NCBI GenBank assembly: GCA_026770705.1
Contig: JANJGN010000076.1
Coordinates: 2,170,001 to 2,234,000 of the forward strand
DNA length: 64,000 nt
Direction of reading: 5' to 3'
Origin: Isurus oxyrinchus
Taxonomy: Eukaryota
Of the stretch, positions 49,541 through 61,555 are shown one piece after another; the stretch's first letter is position 1; each line of letters opens with the position of its first letter. The notes below the pieces were generated by a model. The model had not been told where the DNA came from and searched no databases. It saw nothing but the letters and a program-made list of their open reading frames with translations. The translations under genes and the position numbers were made by a program.

Positions 49541-52284
49541 AGAACATATTGCATGCTAGCTTTCTCTAGATTGTGTACCCGAGCACCCAAATTATGAAAA
49601 TTTACAATTTTTACCAGTTTCTCGACTGTTTAAACGCTGGATGAGGATAGAATGAAACTCGTCTGTGTTATTATCTCAGGGAAACTGAAGATTCTGGTGC
49701 AATATTAACACAGGGCTTTGATGCGTGTGTAAATTAATATGTAAGATAATTCATAAAATTAACGGTCCTGGCCTCCCATTTGGTGGCGATACTCGGATAA
49801 TCAGCGCTGACTGTAAATGTAATTAAAGCCCTATCTTTTTCCACCCTTGCAGCTTGTTTTTCTTGCCTACGTAGCGGGGTGGGGGAGATGAGCTGTGTAT
49901 GAGGTGCGTAGATGGCGGGTGGTCAGCAGTTGGGATGGGGATGGGTAAGTAGTTAACGTGCTTTGCAGTCAGTTGAGGGTTGAATGGACGGGCGATGGCT
50001 AGTGAGAGCTGTGCAAGTGGATCGAGGGGAAGGCAATCGAGTCAGATTAGGTATTCTGGGGTCAGTAGTTGGGGGTGTTGTGGGTTGTTGTGTGTGGGCT
50101 GAATGTGGGAGTTCTGTAGGTGGGGGTTGGGCGTGCATGGGCTTTGCTTGAAAGTTATTCACTGACACATGCTAGAAATTAATAGCGGGAAAATACTACG
50201 CCAAGCATCTGTCACACAACAGGCACAACAGTGCAAAACTGAAGTCAGTATTGGAGTCATTGTTAAAGGGGCCTGGGCAGTACAAATCTGCCCATCTGAA
50301 GTTTAAAGTTCATGGGAAATTACCATGCATGCTCCTGGATCAAGATTTCCGATGGGTCCTGATATGCAGAGCGGCAGACATTTCAATATTCACCACTGTT
50401 GGCATCAGGAGCTCCGGTTAATGATATAGTCAGTATTAATTTCACGGCAATGGACTCCAGACACCAGCTGCAGATAGAGGGAAATTACACAAGAGCGAAA
50501 TGGAGATCAGGTCAAAGAAGGCTGGCTTAGGATGAATAACAATAAAGAACACATTTTAAGAATTATCTTAAAGGATGGTATGTTTGTAGCGAGGACAAAG
50601 GATTTAGGAGGAAATTCAGAACATGAAACTCTTAATATTTCATTGTGGTCACCCATGCCAAAGGCTGCAGACATGTCGACAAAAGGGAAGAGAGGCAGCT
50701 CGACATTAGCAGAGTCACATAAGATATAATTTGTGCCTTTTCTAAGGACGGTATAAGAGTTGTAATAAGGGAGAAAAATGGTTAGAAGAATTTAAGCATG
50801 GTGTCCCTGGAAGGTGGGGCGGAAACGTGGGGGGTAGCAGCAGGGACAAGGAATTTGTAGAGGAAAGAGAGCTTAGGGATGGAGTGTTTGCTTACAAGGA
50901 CTGAGGCAACAGGGGTTGCTTATTTACAAGGGCAGGGGCAATGACTACAGAATGGAGCAGCAGAAGAACAGTGGCTAAGCAGATGGAACTATTAACTATA
51001 TCAGCAACTGAGGAACATGATGAGGAAGTTCGAGGTTCAGCAGTTTGGTGGCAGTGCGGTGAACCAGTCCCCTCCAGCAGCCACCCCTCCGCCCATACCC
51101 TACACCATGTCTCCCACCAGACCAATCAAACGCCTGGAAATCTCACATCTGAAACATAATGGAACGCTCACTACTCATCAGTATGGTTATCAGAGCAACA
51201 CCCAATAAGCAGAATCACCTTCAATAATGGAATAGATTTTCCATCAGTGTCCGTCCATCATTAAACTTGCTATTTCTCCAGCTCCACCTCTGTGGATACA
51301 GGAAGAATGTCTACAGAATCAACTACAACAACACACCGGGGCTACTTCGACAGCACGTACCAGGACAGCAAAATGCAGAATGTGTGCAATGCCATGAGAT
51401 TCACCTTCTCTAACGCACCATCCTGACTTGGAATGGTAACATCTCCCTTCATCAGCGTTCCGGAATTCCCTAACAGCAGGTAGGAGCACAGTCAGCAGAG
51501 GGAATACTCAGCTCAGCAAGAAGACTCAGCACCAACTTCTCAGCTCACTTCCAGATGGGTAATAAATGGAAGTTTGTCACAAGCATCCATTTCCCAAGGA
51601 CACATTTTGAAAATAAAAAAAAAACTTTGGGAGGGGGATAATGATTTGCAGCTCTAAATAACGTCATGCAGAGACAAGGGAAGGAAATTAGGTCTGTGGA
51701 CAGAAATGGGAACGGAACCAATTGTTGGTGAGGGGAGCAAATATTGTTGAACAATTATTACATTTTAAATTCTCTCCTAAATATCTAAATTTGGTTATTG
51801 TTAGGCAAAGCGGGAGATGGTGGAATGGAATTTGCCTGGAGCTGAATTATTATGTGAGATCTTCCCTCGTTCCTGTCTGCCCTAATTTCCGCAGATCAGT
51901 GCAAATTACTATCTGCATCACACAGCAAACCCAATATCTGCGCAACATATTCTGCTCAGTTATTGGGGTTCAGTTTAAACAGCAGACTGCAGCTGTTCAA
52001 TAGCTATAATTCACCACTAATATTTATTGCGTAAAATATTTCACCAGCCAAATTCTGAAGAAAAAAATCACTTGAAGCAAGTCTTGAGATGTACAAACGG
52101 TCCAATGAACTGTGAACAGTGAATCAGCAACTGCTGAAATGCTACTTCACAGAAGCACAGGGCATTACATGTCACAGGACACAAGAATTACAGAGAATAA
52201 AATTAATTAACTCACGTTAAGGGCAAGGACAACAAACATGGTGAAAGATGTTTTATAAAATAAGTTTCTAAAATAATCACTCAC

Positions 52285-52381
52285 CAGGAATGCCAACAGC
52301 AGCGAGGAGCGGATAGTAAATCCTTTGCAAATCATAAATCACCCAGACAATCCGAAGTTCAGTTGGAATTTCAAAGAACAT
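52285..52381 (-). CDS. GPR139-like gene C, exon 1 (MFFEIPTELRIVWVIYDLQRIYYPLLAAVGIP)
   Basis: IYYP.LAA.GIP motif and phase-1 donor GTGAGT. Joins exon 2 in frame (~332 aa). The start is taken as the only in-frame ATG. Confidence 0.85.
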
Positions 52382-52472
52382 GATCTCATTTGCTGTGAGA
52401 TCCAATGATCGCTGTTTATACTGGCAACCACACTCTGTCAAACACTCATATACACATTGAAAACATTGCCTA

Positions 52473-52656
52473 GATATAGGCGGAGGAGAGTCCTGGTGAT
52501 TCAATTAAACAATACACTGGCTGGCATTAATTACAGTCACTTAACAAACAAGATGCCTTAACCCTTTCATCCCATCACTTTGTATGGAAAAAATATACTA
52601 AAAACTACATGGCATTCCTGTCAAGATAATTTATTCAAAGCAAGCACGTGACGTCA
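52473..52656 (-). promoter_or_regulatory. Gene C promoter: TATATC, GTAATTAATG, overlapping E-box/CRE
   Basis: TATA-like at 52478, TAATTA at 52533-52528, CACGTGACGTCA at 52645-52656. Confidence 0.5.
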
Positions 52657-52959
52657 GCCACTTTTGTGATAAACAGGTTATGGAATTCTGCAGGCTTGCA
52701 GCACCGATAAGAAAAGAAAAATAGACTCAAATCCAGATCTTTGATTATTCCGGAGATAAAATGCTGCCAAACAATTTCATGGTTTCAATTAATTTCTCAG
52801 GGGATGAACATAACACAAGTGCCAGAGTATGGACAGAAGCAGTAACAGTCCAAAAGGATGCGTAGTTGATCATTGTCTAGTGATCAGAAAGGGAAATAGT
52901 AGACTGATGATTTGAAACTGCTTGGTTTAACAGTAAACGTAAAACTGATGCTATGGATC

Positions 52960-53510
52960 AACAATTACCATGGAAATGATATGAGAGTTTAACTTTAAAG
53001 CTGACCTGGAAAATGATGCCCCGTTGTAACTAAACCTTGTAATTGAAATCCATGGAATATTAGTGTCCATGTGAATGACACTACACAATCTAAAATGACT
53101 TTGTACATGACACCACGGACTTACAGTGACCATGCAACTAATACTTGGTCACACAGTGCTCATTTGAATTATGCATAGGTCCATCAGTGGGCTTCCTACA
53201 AATACTGTTGTCAAACGGTGACCATGGGATTGAAATGTGGTATCCTATTCGCCTTGCACCCGAAACTTCGCTGTAACTGATAACCGAGTACAACAGTGAA
53301 GTTGTAACTGATATCCCGATCTTACATTGACCATGTACATGACATTCCAGTCTATCAGTGCTATTCTAACTGATAATTCAGTCTAACAGTGGCTTTGTAC
53401 CGGATACCCCAATTTGAACGTGAACATGTACCTGACGCCCCGGTCTAACTGTGACTTTGGAACTGGTATACCAGTTTAATAGTAAATTTGTACCTGATAC
53501 TGCGGTGAAA
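52960..53510. repeat. Degenerate 31-bp minisatellite (ACAGTGACCATGTAACTGATATCCCAGTCTA)
   Basis: Anchors at 53293, 53324, 53355 and 53386 give an exact 31-nt period. Confidence 0.85.
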
Positions 53511-54089
53511 AATTCACCTTCTGTTACCAATGGCTAGTGTCATAATTCAGCTGATTTTCAATCCAATTGTTAGTTTTAGGAATTAAAGATTTAACTGTAG
53601 GCAGTGGGGATATCTGGTGGCAAAAACTGGTAAAAGCAGTCGTAAATTAAATGCAATTTAACCAACTTTGAAGTTTATTATTCTTAAAAGTTTGGAGCCA
53701 TGTTGACTTAAGAGGCTCACAGCTAAAATTACAAGATCATGATAATGTGGGCGCTTTTAATTAGCTAAGGACAAGGAGGCAGGACCTTTGAAGTTATTCC
53801 AGTAAATAAAAAGCTTGTTACGTAGTTTCCCAAGATTAAGGTAGGTTTTGGAGCTAACAGGTAGTTAAATTGCATTTCTAAGTGGTAACAGACCTTGTGT
53901 ATCACTTGAGGATCAGTGAAGCTCAGTTGAGATTTTAGAACAAGGTGGAGTGAAGGAAACGTATTTGTCATCAGAATTCGGTTCAAATTCTGGGTGTTTG
54001 CTTAAGGAATTAAAACTTTTGTCATCTGCAGGGTTTTTTCAACACTGATTTAAATGTCTGGTATGGCCAAGCTAAGGGAGCAGAGAAGG

Positions 54090-55065
54090 AATGATTTATA
54101 GATACAACCCTCCATAGTCGGAGATGATCACAGCAAGGGGAGCCCTGGCTGGAGGCCGCAACGTCGCTAGAGACAGCGCTGTTGAAAGGTGTGGGAGTCC
54201 TCCGCCAGTCCGTGGCCTCTCAATGTTGTTACAGGCTGCCTTCTCCTGAAAGCACAGAGGAGCATTCATTAGTCCACATCCAACATGCAGCGCCATTACA
54301 GCCTGGCGAACCCCAGCATTGGGGCGCCTTGCAGGCCACATCCATATCATGGCCGGTGATTCGCATGGCACTCAGTCAAAGCAGCCAAAGCTCAGCAACT
54401 TGGCCAGAGCCGGAGTGATTGACAGTTAGGACTCAGGTTCTGACACGCTGAACTGCATGGGGAGGGCGGCTAGTTCAAAACAATTCCACACACTGACTGA
54501 TGCCAACACAGCAATCACCTTTTCCGAGTGTAGCAGGTCAATCAAACGCCTCTGGCACTGCACCCAGGTGTGCATTATGGCTGTTCACCGAGGCTGCCTC
54601 TTCCTCCCAATGCTTCTTTGTGAGGTTTGGAGGCGTCCCCTTCCATCTCTTCGGACAAGGGTGTCCCTTCCGGCAGCCACCCCCTCCATGAGGTCAGCGA
54701 GGCACACCTCAGTAAACTGGGGGCCGAATGCCCAAACAACATGCCCTCCCTTCTGGTGTTTGCTGCCGCACAGGAGTCTATCTTTGCAACAGCAGACAGA
54801 GGTCATTCTCCAGCAGCCTTCCTGGGGCTGCCTGGGCCGTTTTCAAACTGACGGCCGGATCGCCATTGGACCCGGCGGCCGAGAGGCTCCCATCCCCGCT
54901 CGGCCCCTCCAACCTGTCACCAGCTGAGTTTCACGCGGGGTGGCCCTTAATTGACCTGCCAGCGTGAAATCGCTTTCCGGCCCTGATCGTGGGCTGGCAG
55001 TCGCATTACGGAAAGCTCCTGTCCACCTCTCTGTGCCCACCCGATGAGAACAAAACTCCTCCCTT
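54090..55065 (-). mobile_element. PIF/Harbinger-type relic encoding a Myb/SANT-like domain
   Basis: GC-rich. Minus-strand relics PQFTEVCLADLMEGVAAGRDTL..DGR, TWVQCQRRLIDLLHS and EKAACNNIERPRTGGG. Confidence 0.65.
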
Positions 55066-58000
55066 TGACCTAGTGGCCATTGGTAAAACCCCCATCTCTT
55101 TCATCATAAACTGCACTCTCTGTAGCGTGATGGAGAATTGAGAGTTTAATTTGAGTCCATTTTACTTTGGAAATAGGTTCAGACTTCGTGACCTGCTGAG
55201 AAACCTATAAGTCCACACCTGGGCTGTGTAATTAGCCTGCCATGTGTGCAGGAGAGAATTCACCTACTGTCCAACCTGCTGAGGTTCTAGTGGCTCTATG
55301 CAGACCAAGCGATGCGGCTTAATTGGTTAATCACCATTTAGATCCAAGTTCACTCACACGTTCCACCAATGAAGGCATAATTGCATTCAGATACAGTAAG
55401 ACCAAGAAGAGATCTACTGCCCCTCCTCAATACTGTCTCATACATACAACCACACCGGTGAGTAGCTGTTACCCACTCCCAATGACTTCAATCTTCCATT
55501 TCACTTGGTGACTCATTGACACAGCGATACCAAAGAGTGGACCTGCAACAGTCCGGGCTGTGGCCAGGCGTTACTTTCTGCTTATGCACTAGAGTATTCA
55601 CATTGTTAAGAGGTCAAATATCTCTTTGGCGTTTCTGTGGGATTTCAACCAGCAAATATCACTGCGAATGAGAAATCATGCACCTGTTCCAGCTCTGAGA
55701 TGGGCTGTGCATAGTTGCCCTTCACAATGAGACACGAACGTCCTTGAGTAATGGGGGGAGGGCACTCGAATATATAGATATATTTTTTCAGAATATCTCT
55801 TAGAGAGAAAAAAATGCCTGATCTATAATTTACATCATTATCTGACTCTAGAAAAAGAGGATATAGAACGTTTTGAAAATTGACTCATGGGAATTTGAAG
55901 TCATGGGAATAGTAAGTTCACTATTGTGTCACATAGTTTGAGCTATCGAAGTCTTAGAGCAATTTCGGACCTCAATTAGTTGCTTATCGAAAATATTACA
56001 ATAGCTTCCAGAAAGAATCTGAATTGGCATCAAATTTGCAAACACAAAAATAGTTTCAAGCCCCTGGAAGAGTAACGATTGGGGTTTGGAATTAAAATTA
56101 TTCTAGGATTTATCCAGTTTACTCTATTTATTTTTGAGTGACATGAGTTGAAAGATGCTGTTCAGAGTCCGGAGATTTGCAAGCATTTTTAAATTATGTA
56201 AATTGAGGATTTCCCTCACCATCCATTGCTCCTTGTTCATGCCTCTACTGGTATCTTCTATTTAACTAACTTAGCCAGCCGTCACATGTAGCTAATTGTG
56301 GACACAGATGTGACTGGTAACTGATCAGTCACTGGACCAAAGAGTAATAGATAGTCGTTGAGCATGTGACCTTGATATTCATCACCAAGCGATGTATAAA
56401 AGATCAACTTAACACTGTTGCGTGTTTGCCTTCTGAAATGTTAGGCATAAAAGCCTGTGTTTGGGGATCCTTATGGCCTTGGTAACTGCTTGAATGTAAA
56501 CGTTTGTTAAGTGAATATGAACCTGAACTGTTTGAGGGAACAACTGCAGGGCCACCACTAGCAATACACGGTGGTGGTGGTATCACGGGTGTATGAGCAA
56601 TGTTTACTCCCCTCCTCCTTGCACCCTGACAGTGTTGTTGGGTTCTCCATTTTGATAGACTGTGCATTAATAAAATAAGTCAAAATAGCAGGCAATGTTC
56701 TTGCAGTTTGTCCGCCTCTATTTCCACTTAAAACGACATAAAATATATACAGATACATACGTGTTGATGTCGAAATGCATGTGGTTGTGTGGGTACATGC
56801 GTGTTTGCGTGTGTGCAAACGCACCTATGTGTGTACGCGTGTGTGTTTGTTTGTGTAGCCTCTTTGACAAGTGTCTGTGCGCATGCCTGCCTGTGTTATT
56901 ATAGTTCAGAGCTTCAACATTTTTTTTTGACCAAGAGTCTGTTTATCTCCGCCTTCATGCCAGGTCATTTTAATCTGGCTCTTTCTATGCAAGGAGGTGG
57001 GAATGTGACACATAAGTTTTCGTTTAACGTTGTGTGGTCTACGGTTAAACTATGTCATCAAATAGCAGATGACAAGATTCACTGGAGCAGGAAGCATGAT
57101 TTATGCTGCCTGAGAGTAACTGAGAGCTGTTAATTACCTTTGATCAAAGATCCGTTGGTTTCTCTGACAATAAACTAAGAAGCGGGTATCCAACAACTCC
57201 TCCAGCTTGCAGCAGTTATAATCATTCAAAGGATTTCATTACAATTGTTTAACTTCCTTAACTTCTCCTTGCGCTTTTAGAACATAAAAAATTAAACATC
57301 TTATTGATTGGAGAATGCTTAGAGGCCTGATTCTTTGTTCCAAATTTCTGTGAATTTCATGCTGTACGAGGGAAATTTTAACAGAGCAGAAGTTGAAAAT
57401 TCAAAAGACCTTTACATCTCCTGAATCTTCATCAAGCATCGTAAATACGTGGAAAGAAAAAATCACGTTTATATCTCTTTCTTAAGATGTTATTTAAACA
57501 GATTCTGTATTTTCCTCTAACTCTATCACTAGATTAAAGGAGTGACTATTCTTCACTAGATATGCCCTTGTCGTTAAGCAACCTGGGACACTCTGAACTA
57601 TTGAAGGACTTTATATAATTTCAGAAGGTGCTGTCTCCCAGTAACTATGAATGAATAATGAGATGGAATTGTGAAATGAATGTACAGCTTCTTTCCACTA
57701 ATTGTCAGTTTCTATGCCTTTTTCCCTTTCCTTTGTCTAGGACTCTTCTTCAATTTATCTCTGTCTATTTGACTCTGTCTCTATCCTTAACTCTTTTTTT
57801 TCTCATTTGCTCGCCTTGATCTCTCTGTGTGATGAATATTCTCGCTCTCGCTCTGGTTAATTAGGCCAGGGTTGTTTCTAGATCGATTATTGCTCTGACA
57901 TGGAATTCATAGCTGTGCAATGGATTAGCTCCGATTCAATACAATGAAGACTAAATCTGTCCCTCACTTTTGATTCAGTACTCGGAGGAACATAGTGTTT

Positions 58001-58509
58001 TTTTCAGTTGCCATTTTGTATCTATAGCTCTCTGTCAGTCTTCGAATTAAATACGTACAGAGAGAGAGGGAAGAGCCAAAAATATGCAGGAGAACAATGT
58101 CTTTATGTTTTTTTTCTCTGTTCAAACTGGTTAATAACAAAGACTAATCAACAGTGTTTGTGAAGCCATCGCAAGAGGTTTGGATAAGGAGTGTAACGGA
58201 GCTTTGCTGCAAATATATAAGATTTTGCTAACAACACATTTGGAGAACTGTACTCAGTTTTGGTCCACCTAACTGGGGCTGGGTAGCTCTGCCATAGATT
58301 GGTGCAACCAGATTCACCAGTCTCATTACAGCACGGAGCTGGAAAGGAGGGGAGGGGGGCGCTGTGGAGGCGGGGTTGGGGAGGGCGGAGTGGTGGAGGC
58401 GGGGAGGGAGGCATTCGACATACACAGTCTTTGCCGGACCTCTGGAGAGCAAACCAGTCAGATCAGCAATATCATTTTCATCTTCTTCGTCTTCTTCTTC
58501 ATCATCATG

Positions 58510-58780
58510 AGAAACGAGTCAGCCTGAACCTATCAGGGTCAAGCTGTCTGGCTTAAATTTCAAACAATTCTTGGCAGTTAACTGTGCTTCGCCATAGGTG
58601 GTGCATTATTCAGGGAAATGCCACTTGCCAACCAATCATCATTCTCCTCACATACAGTATAAATTGTGCTCCCCCCTCCCATGTATTTTTATTCTTGCGA
58701 GTTTCCTGATGAGTGCAGGGTGATAAGCTGAGACCTGTCTCTTTTTCAGAAATACTCAAGTTCTGTCCGAACAAAAACCA
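58510..58780 (+). mobile_element. Penelope-like terminal repeat (family 2)
   Basis: Homologous to 30200-30485. Contains degenerate CTGATGAGTGCAGGGTGATAAGCT. Confidence 0.65.
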
Positions 58781-58829
58781 AAGTGTATTCTTTCTGCATT
58801 GAATAACAATGCGCAGTGTTGATTGTTGT

Positions 58830-58884
58830 ATGAGTGTCCATGACACCAATGTTATATTGGTGTCCATCACACAACTTGCATCTG
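58830..58884 (+). pseudogene. Candidate leader exon of V segment 1 (MSVHDTNVILVSITQLAS)
   Basis: ATG plus 18 codons and a phase-1 GTAAGG donor that joins V1 in frame. Only weakly hydrophobic. Confidence 0.45.
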
Positions 58885-59793
58885 GTAAGGAACAGCATTT
58901 ATTGGAGTCAATGAAATATTAAAGATCAATTGTGTCTATTAACTAACAAATGCCATTGACGTACCTCGATATTGAGGCCGGGCTATAGATATGAATTTGG
59001 ATTTTTTAAAATTTTGATTCGTTGCCTTTGTTTGTCTGCCCCACCCCTGCCAACATCGCACCTATCGGCTGCTGGAAGACATCAAACTGAGGAAACTTAC
59101 ATTTGCAATTTTTGTGTTGTTTATAAATCTCGGAGCCATACTCATGTGCAGCTAAACGTGGTGGTAGGATGTAACAAATGTCTTGAATATACATCACATA
59201 CTTCCGTACAGCATGAAATTCTGGCACAGGATACAACTTCAACATGTCTTCTGATCGCCAGTGTGTCTCCTGGACAAGAATAATATTCGTCAAAGTGTTC
59301 CTTTTCCTCATAAATGTTCAACCAAGTAAGTATTTCATGCGATTGTAACGCCTTTATTTTGTTAACTGTATTGTTATTTTTCCTCCAATTTTTCTTCACT
59401 CCATTGATGAGGTCAGCTTCCTCGACTTCGCTCACTGGTCAGTGAGTGTTCGTACAGTATCTAAATTAGTCACAAGCTGACCTGTCACTGTCTCAGCGGG
59501 CCGGAGAAGGGCTTCTCTATTTCCAGCAGAAATGGTAGCCTTGGCTGAACACTGCCAGAAGGAAATTACACCGATGATGGCCTGGGATCAGTTAACTGAG
59601 GGGTGAAATCGTTGAAGCTCCCTGTTTTTGTTGTTGTCTTCACACTCGAAATGCAGTCAACCGTTGTATTGAAGGGAATGATTTAACGTGAGCCCGTGTG
59701 TGTGCGCGTGTGCGTGTGCATTGGAAAGCCTATTTCGTCCAAATGAAAAAAGTCTAAAAGTTGCATTGATAACATTCTGTTATTGTTTTCCAG

Positions 59794-60101
59794 AATACGG
59801 CCAACAGGAGAGACTTTCCCAAACACCCTCAATTGTAGCAGTGAGTGAAGGTGATACTGCGGTGTTGTCATGTATCTACCCAGCGACATACACAGCTGCT
59901 TACCTATTCTGGTACGTACAGTACTCGGGAAAAGGCCTTTAGTATATGCTGCTCAGACACACGGCTGGGAATGAAGAGAATGCACCAGCTTTTGCAAAGC
60001 GCTTTTCAGCCGTACAGGATAGGAGCAACACAAACATCCCTTTGAACATCACAGACACCCAGCTCTCTGACTCAGCCGTGTATTACTGCGCGGCTATGAA
60101 G
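59794..60101 (+). pseudogene. TCR V-alpha/delta-type segment V1, one premature stop
   Basis: CAG acceptor; QERLSQTPSIVAVSEGDTAVLSCIY..YLFWYVQYSGKGL*YML..KRFSA..LNITDTQLSDSAVYYCAAMK. TAG at 59940-59942. Confidence 0.92.
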
Positions 60102-60140
60102 CACCACGTTACATAAATCCTTACCACTGGTACAAAAACT
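60102..60140 (+). other. 23-RSS of V1 (CACCACG-23-ACAAAAACT)
   Basis: CAC-initiated heptamer, exact 23-nt spacer, near-consensus nonamer. Confidence 0.85.
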
Positions 60141-60514
60141 ATCAGCTCCAGTTGTTGTGAATTCTCTGAATTCCCTGCTTCAATCAGCCGTCACACTGCT
60201 GTTATTCCTTTACAGATTTGTGGATCAGTGGTGGCACTCTGGCCTCAGAATCAGAAAATGTTATTTTAAGTCCCAGTCCGGAGGTTGCGTTTTTAATGTA
60301 GACTGGCATTTCGGTGTAGAACTGTGGGAGCTTTCGAATGTATTGTACTGAAGCCCGGGTTTGCTTCCTCTGTTACACATAAATGATGGCATATTTCAAG
60401 AAGGGCATTGCAGGTCTCCCAGTGCCCTGAATTAATACTTCATGCCGGCAGAGCAGCAGACTCCGTTTGAACATGACTTTAATGGTGGAATGTGTTGTCA
60501 ACATTGGGAAGGGA

Positions 60515-60862
60515 CAAAGATGAAGAAACTACAACCATTTGCATGCGTTTATTCGGACAGCAGGCACGTTCTGTTGAAGAGTCATGCGGACTCGAAACAA
60601 TAACTGTGTTCCTCCCAGCAGATGCTGTCAGAAAAGCTGAGGTTTTTAGATGTATTTTTATTTTTGATTTCGTTTAATACAAATGCGGCTCATCCCACCA
60701 TTTGACAGCGAACACACGGTCTGCAGATTCAACATCAATATCTATTGTATAAAATGGCAAACTGCATTTGATATTCACAAGTCTATAACTTGGTACTCCG
60801 CGGTATACCTGTGTGTGCAGGATTGGACAGTGTTAAAGTCACACGGATTCTGCTCAATAACA
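60515..60862 (+). pseudogene. Possible highly degenerate V segment split by a short element
   Basis: EETTTI/ACVYSDS before the insertion and RFNINI...TAFDIHKSITWYSAVYLCVQ after it. GACAGTG at 60826 and TCAATAACA at 60854 (21-nt spacer). Confidence 0.4.
60568..60672 (+). mobile_element. Short Penelope-derived element
   Basis: TTCTGTTGAAGAGTCATGCGGACTCGAAAC..GATGCTGTCAGA..GCTGAG. Confidence 0.8.
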
Positions 60863-61179
60863 GAACGGTTGTGGTGTATCAGTTGTGGGCTACAACATTC
60901 AGTTGTGACAGTGAAAACTTCACATTACATATTGAAGAATTTCGATGGGAGGAATGGGGATAGGAATGCTGGAATGGAAGAACGAAATCAGGAAGGGGAG
61001 AGGAAGGATGAAGTTAGGAAGGTGAGTAGGATGGAAGGGAGGAAACTATAGATCTGCCTGATCTGTTGGTGAACATCTATTCTCAACCAATATAATAAAA
61101 AGGGGTGACATCGTCAGGATCATATTGCTGCTTTTTGGGAGCTTGCTGGGCTAAAGTTTCCTGACGTGCTTCCTAAATT

Positions 61180-61555
61180 TATTTTATTTGTTTCATAGGA
61201 TGTCGGCATCGCTGGCAAGACCTGCATAAGCTGTCCATTCCTAAATGTCACTGAGCTGAATGGCTTGTTAGGGTATTTCATCAAAGGGCAGTCATCAATC
61301 AATCTGGAGTCACATAGAGGCCAGACCAGGTAAGGGCGACAGATTTCCTTCCCTGAAAGATATGAGTGAACCACATGGGTTTTGTGACAATCACTGATAA
61401 TTCACAGACACGATCATTGAAATGAATTCTCGATTCAGATTTTGTTAAGTTAATTTTACCAGCTTTCCGTTTTGGAATTTGAATATGCATCCTCCAAAGA
61501 TGAGCCTGAATCTCTGAATAATTACTCTAGTGACATTGCTAATAAGCCATTGTCT
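61180..61555 (-). mobile_element. SINE sharing its 3' tail with LINE family 2
   Basis: Matches the 22100 and 34000 copies. Confidence 0.8.

Noticed and set aside
4131-53160. Scattered CACAGTG/CACTGTG heptamers (e.g. ~4130, 7838, 10981, 13651, 35354, 53152)
   Set aside because: No nonamer at 12/23 spacing was seen, several lie inside repeats, and no D or J segments could be supported.
53520-56760. Possible LTR split by the Harbinger relic
   Set aside because: No second LTR, TSD, primer-binding site or gag/pol relic identified.
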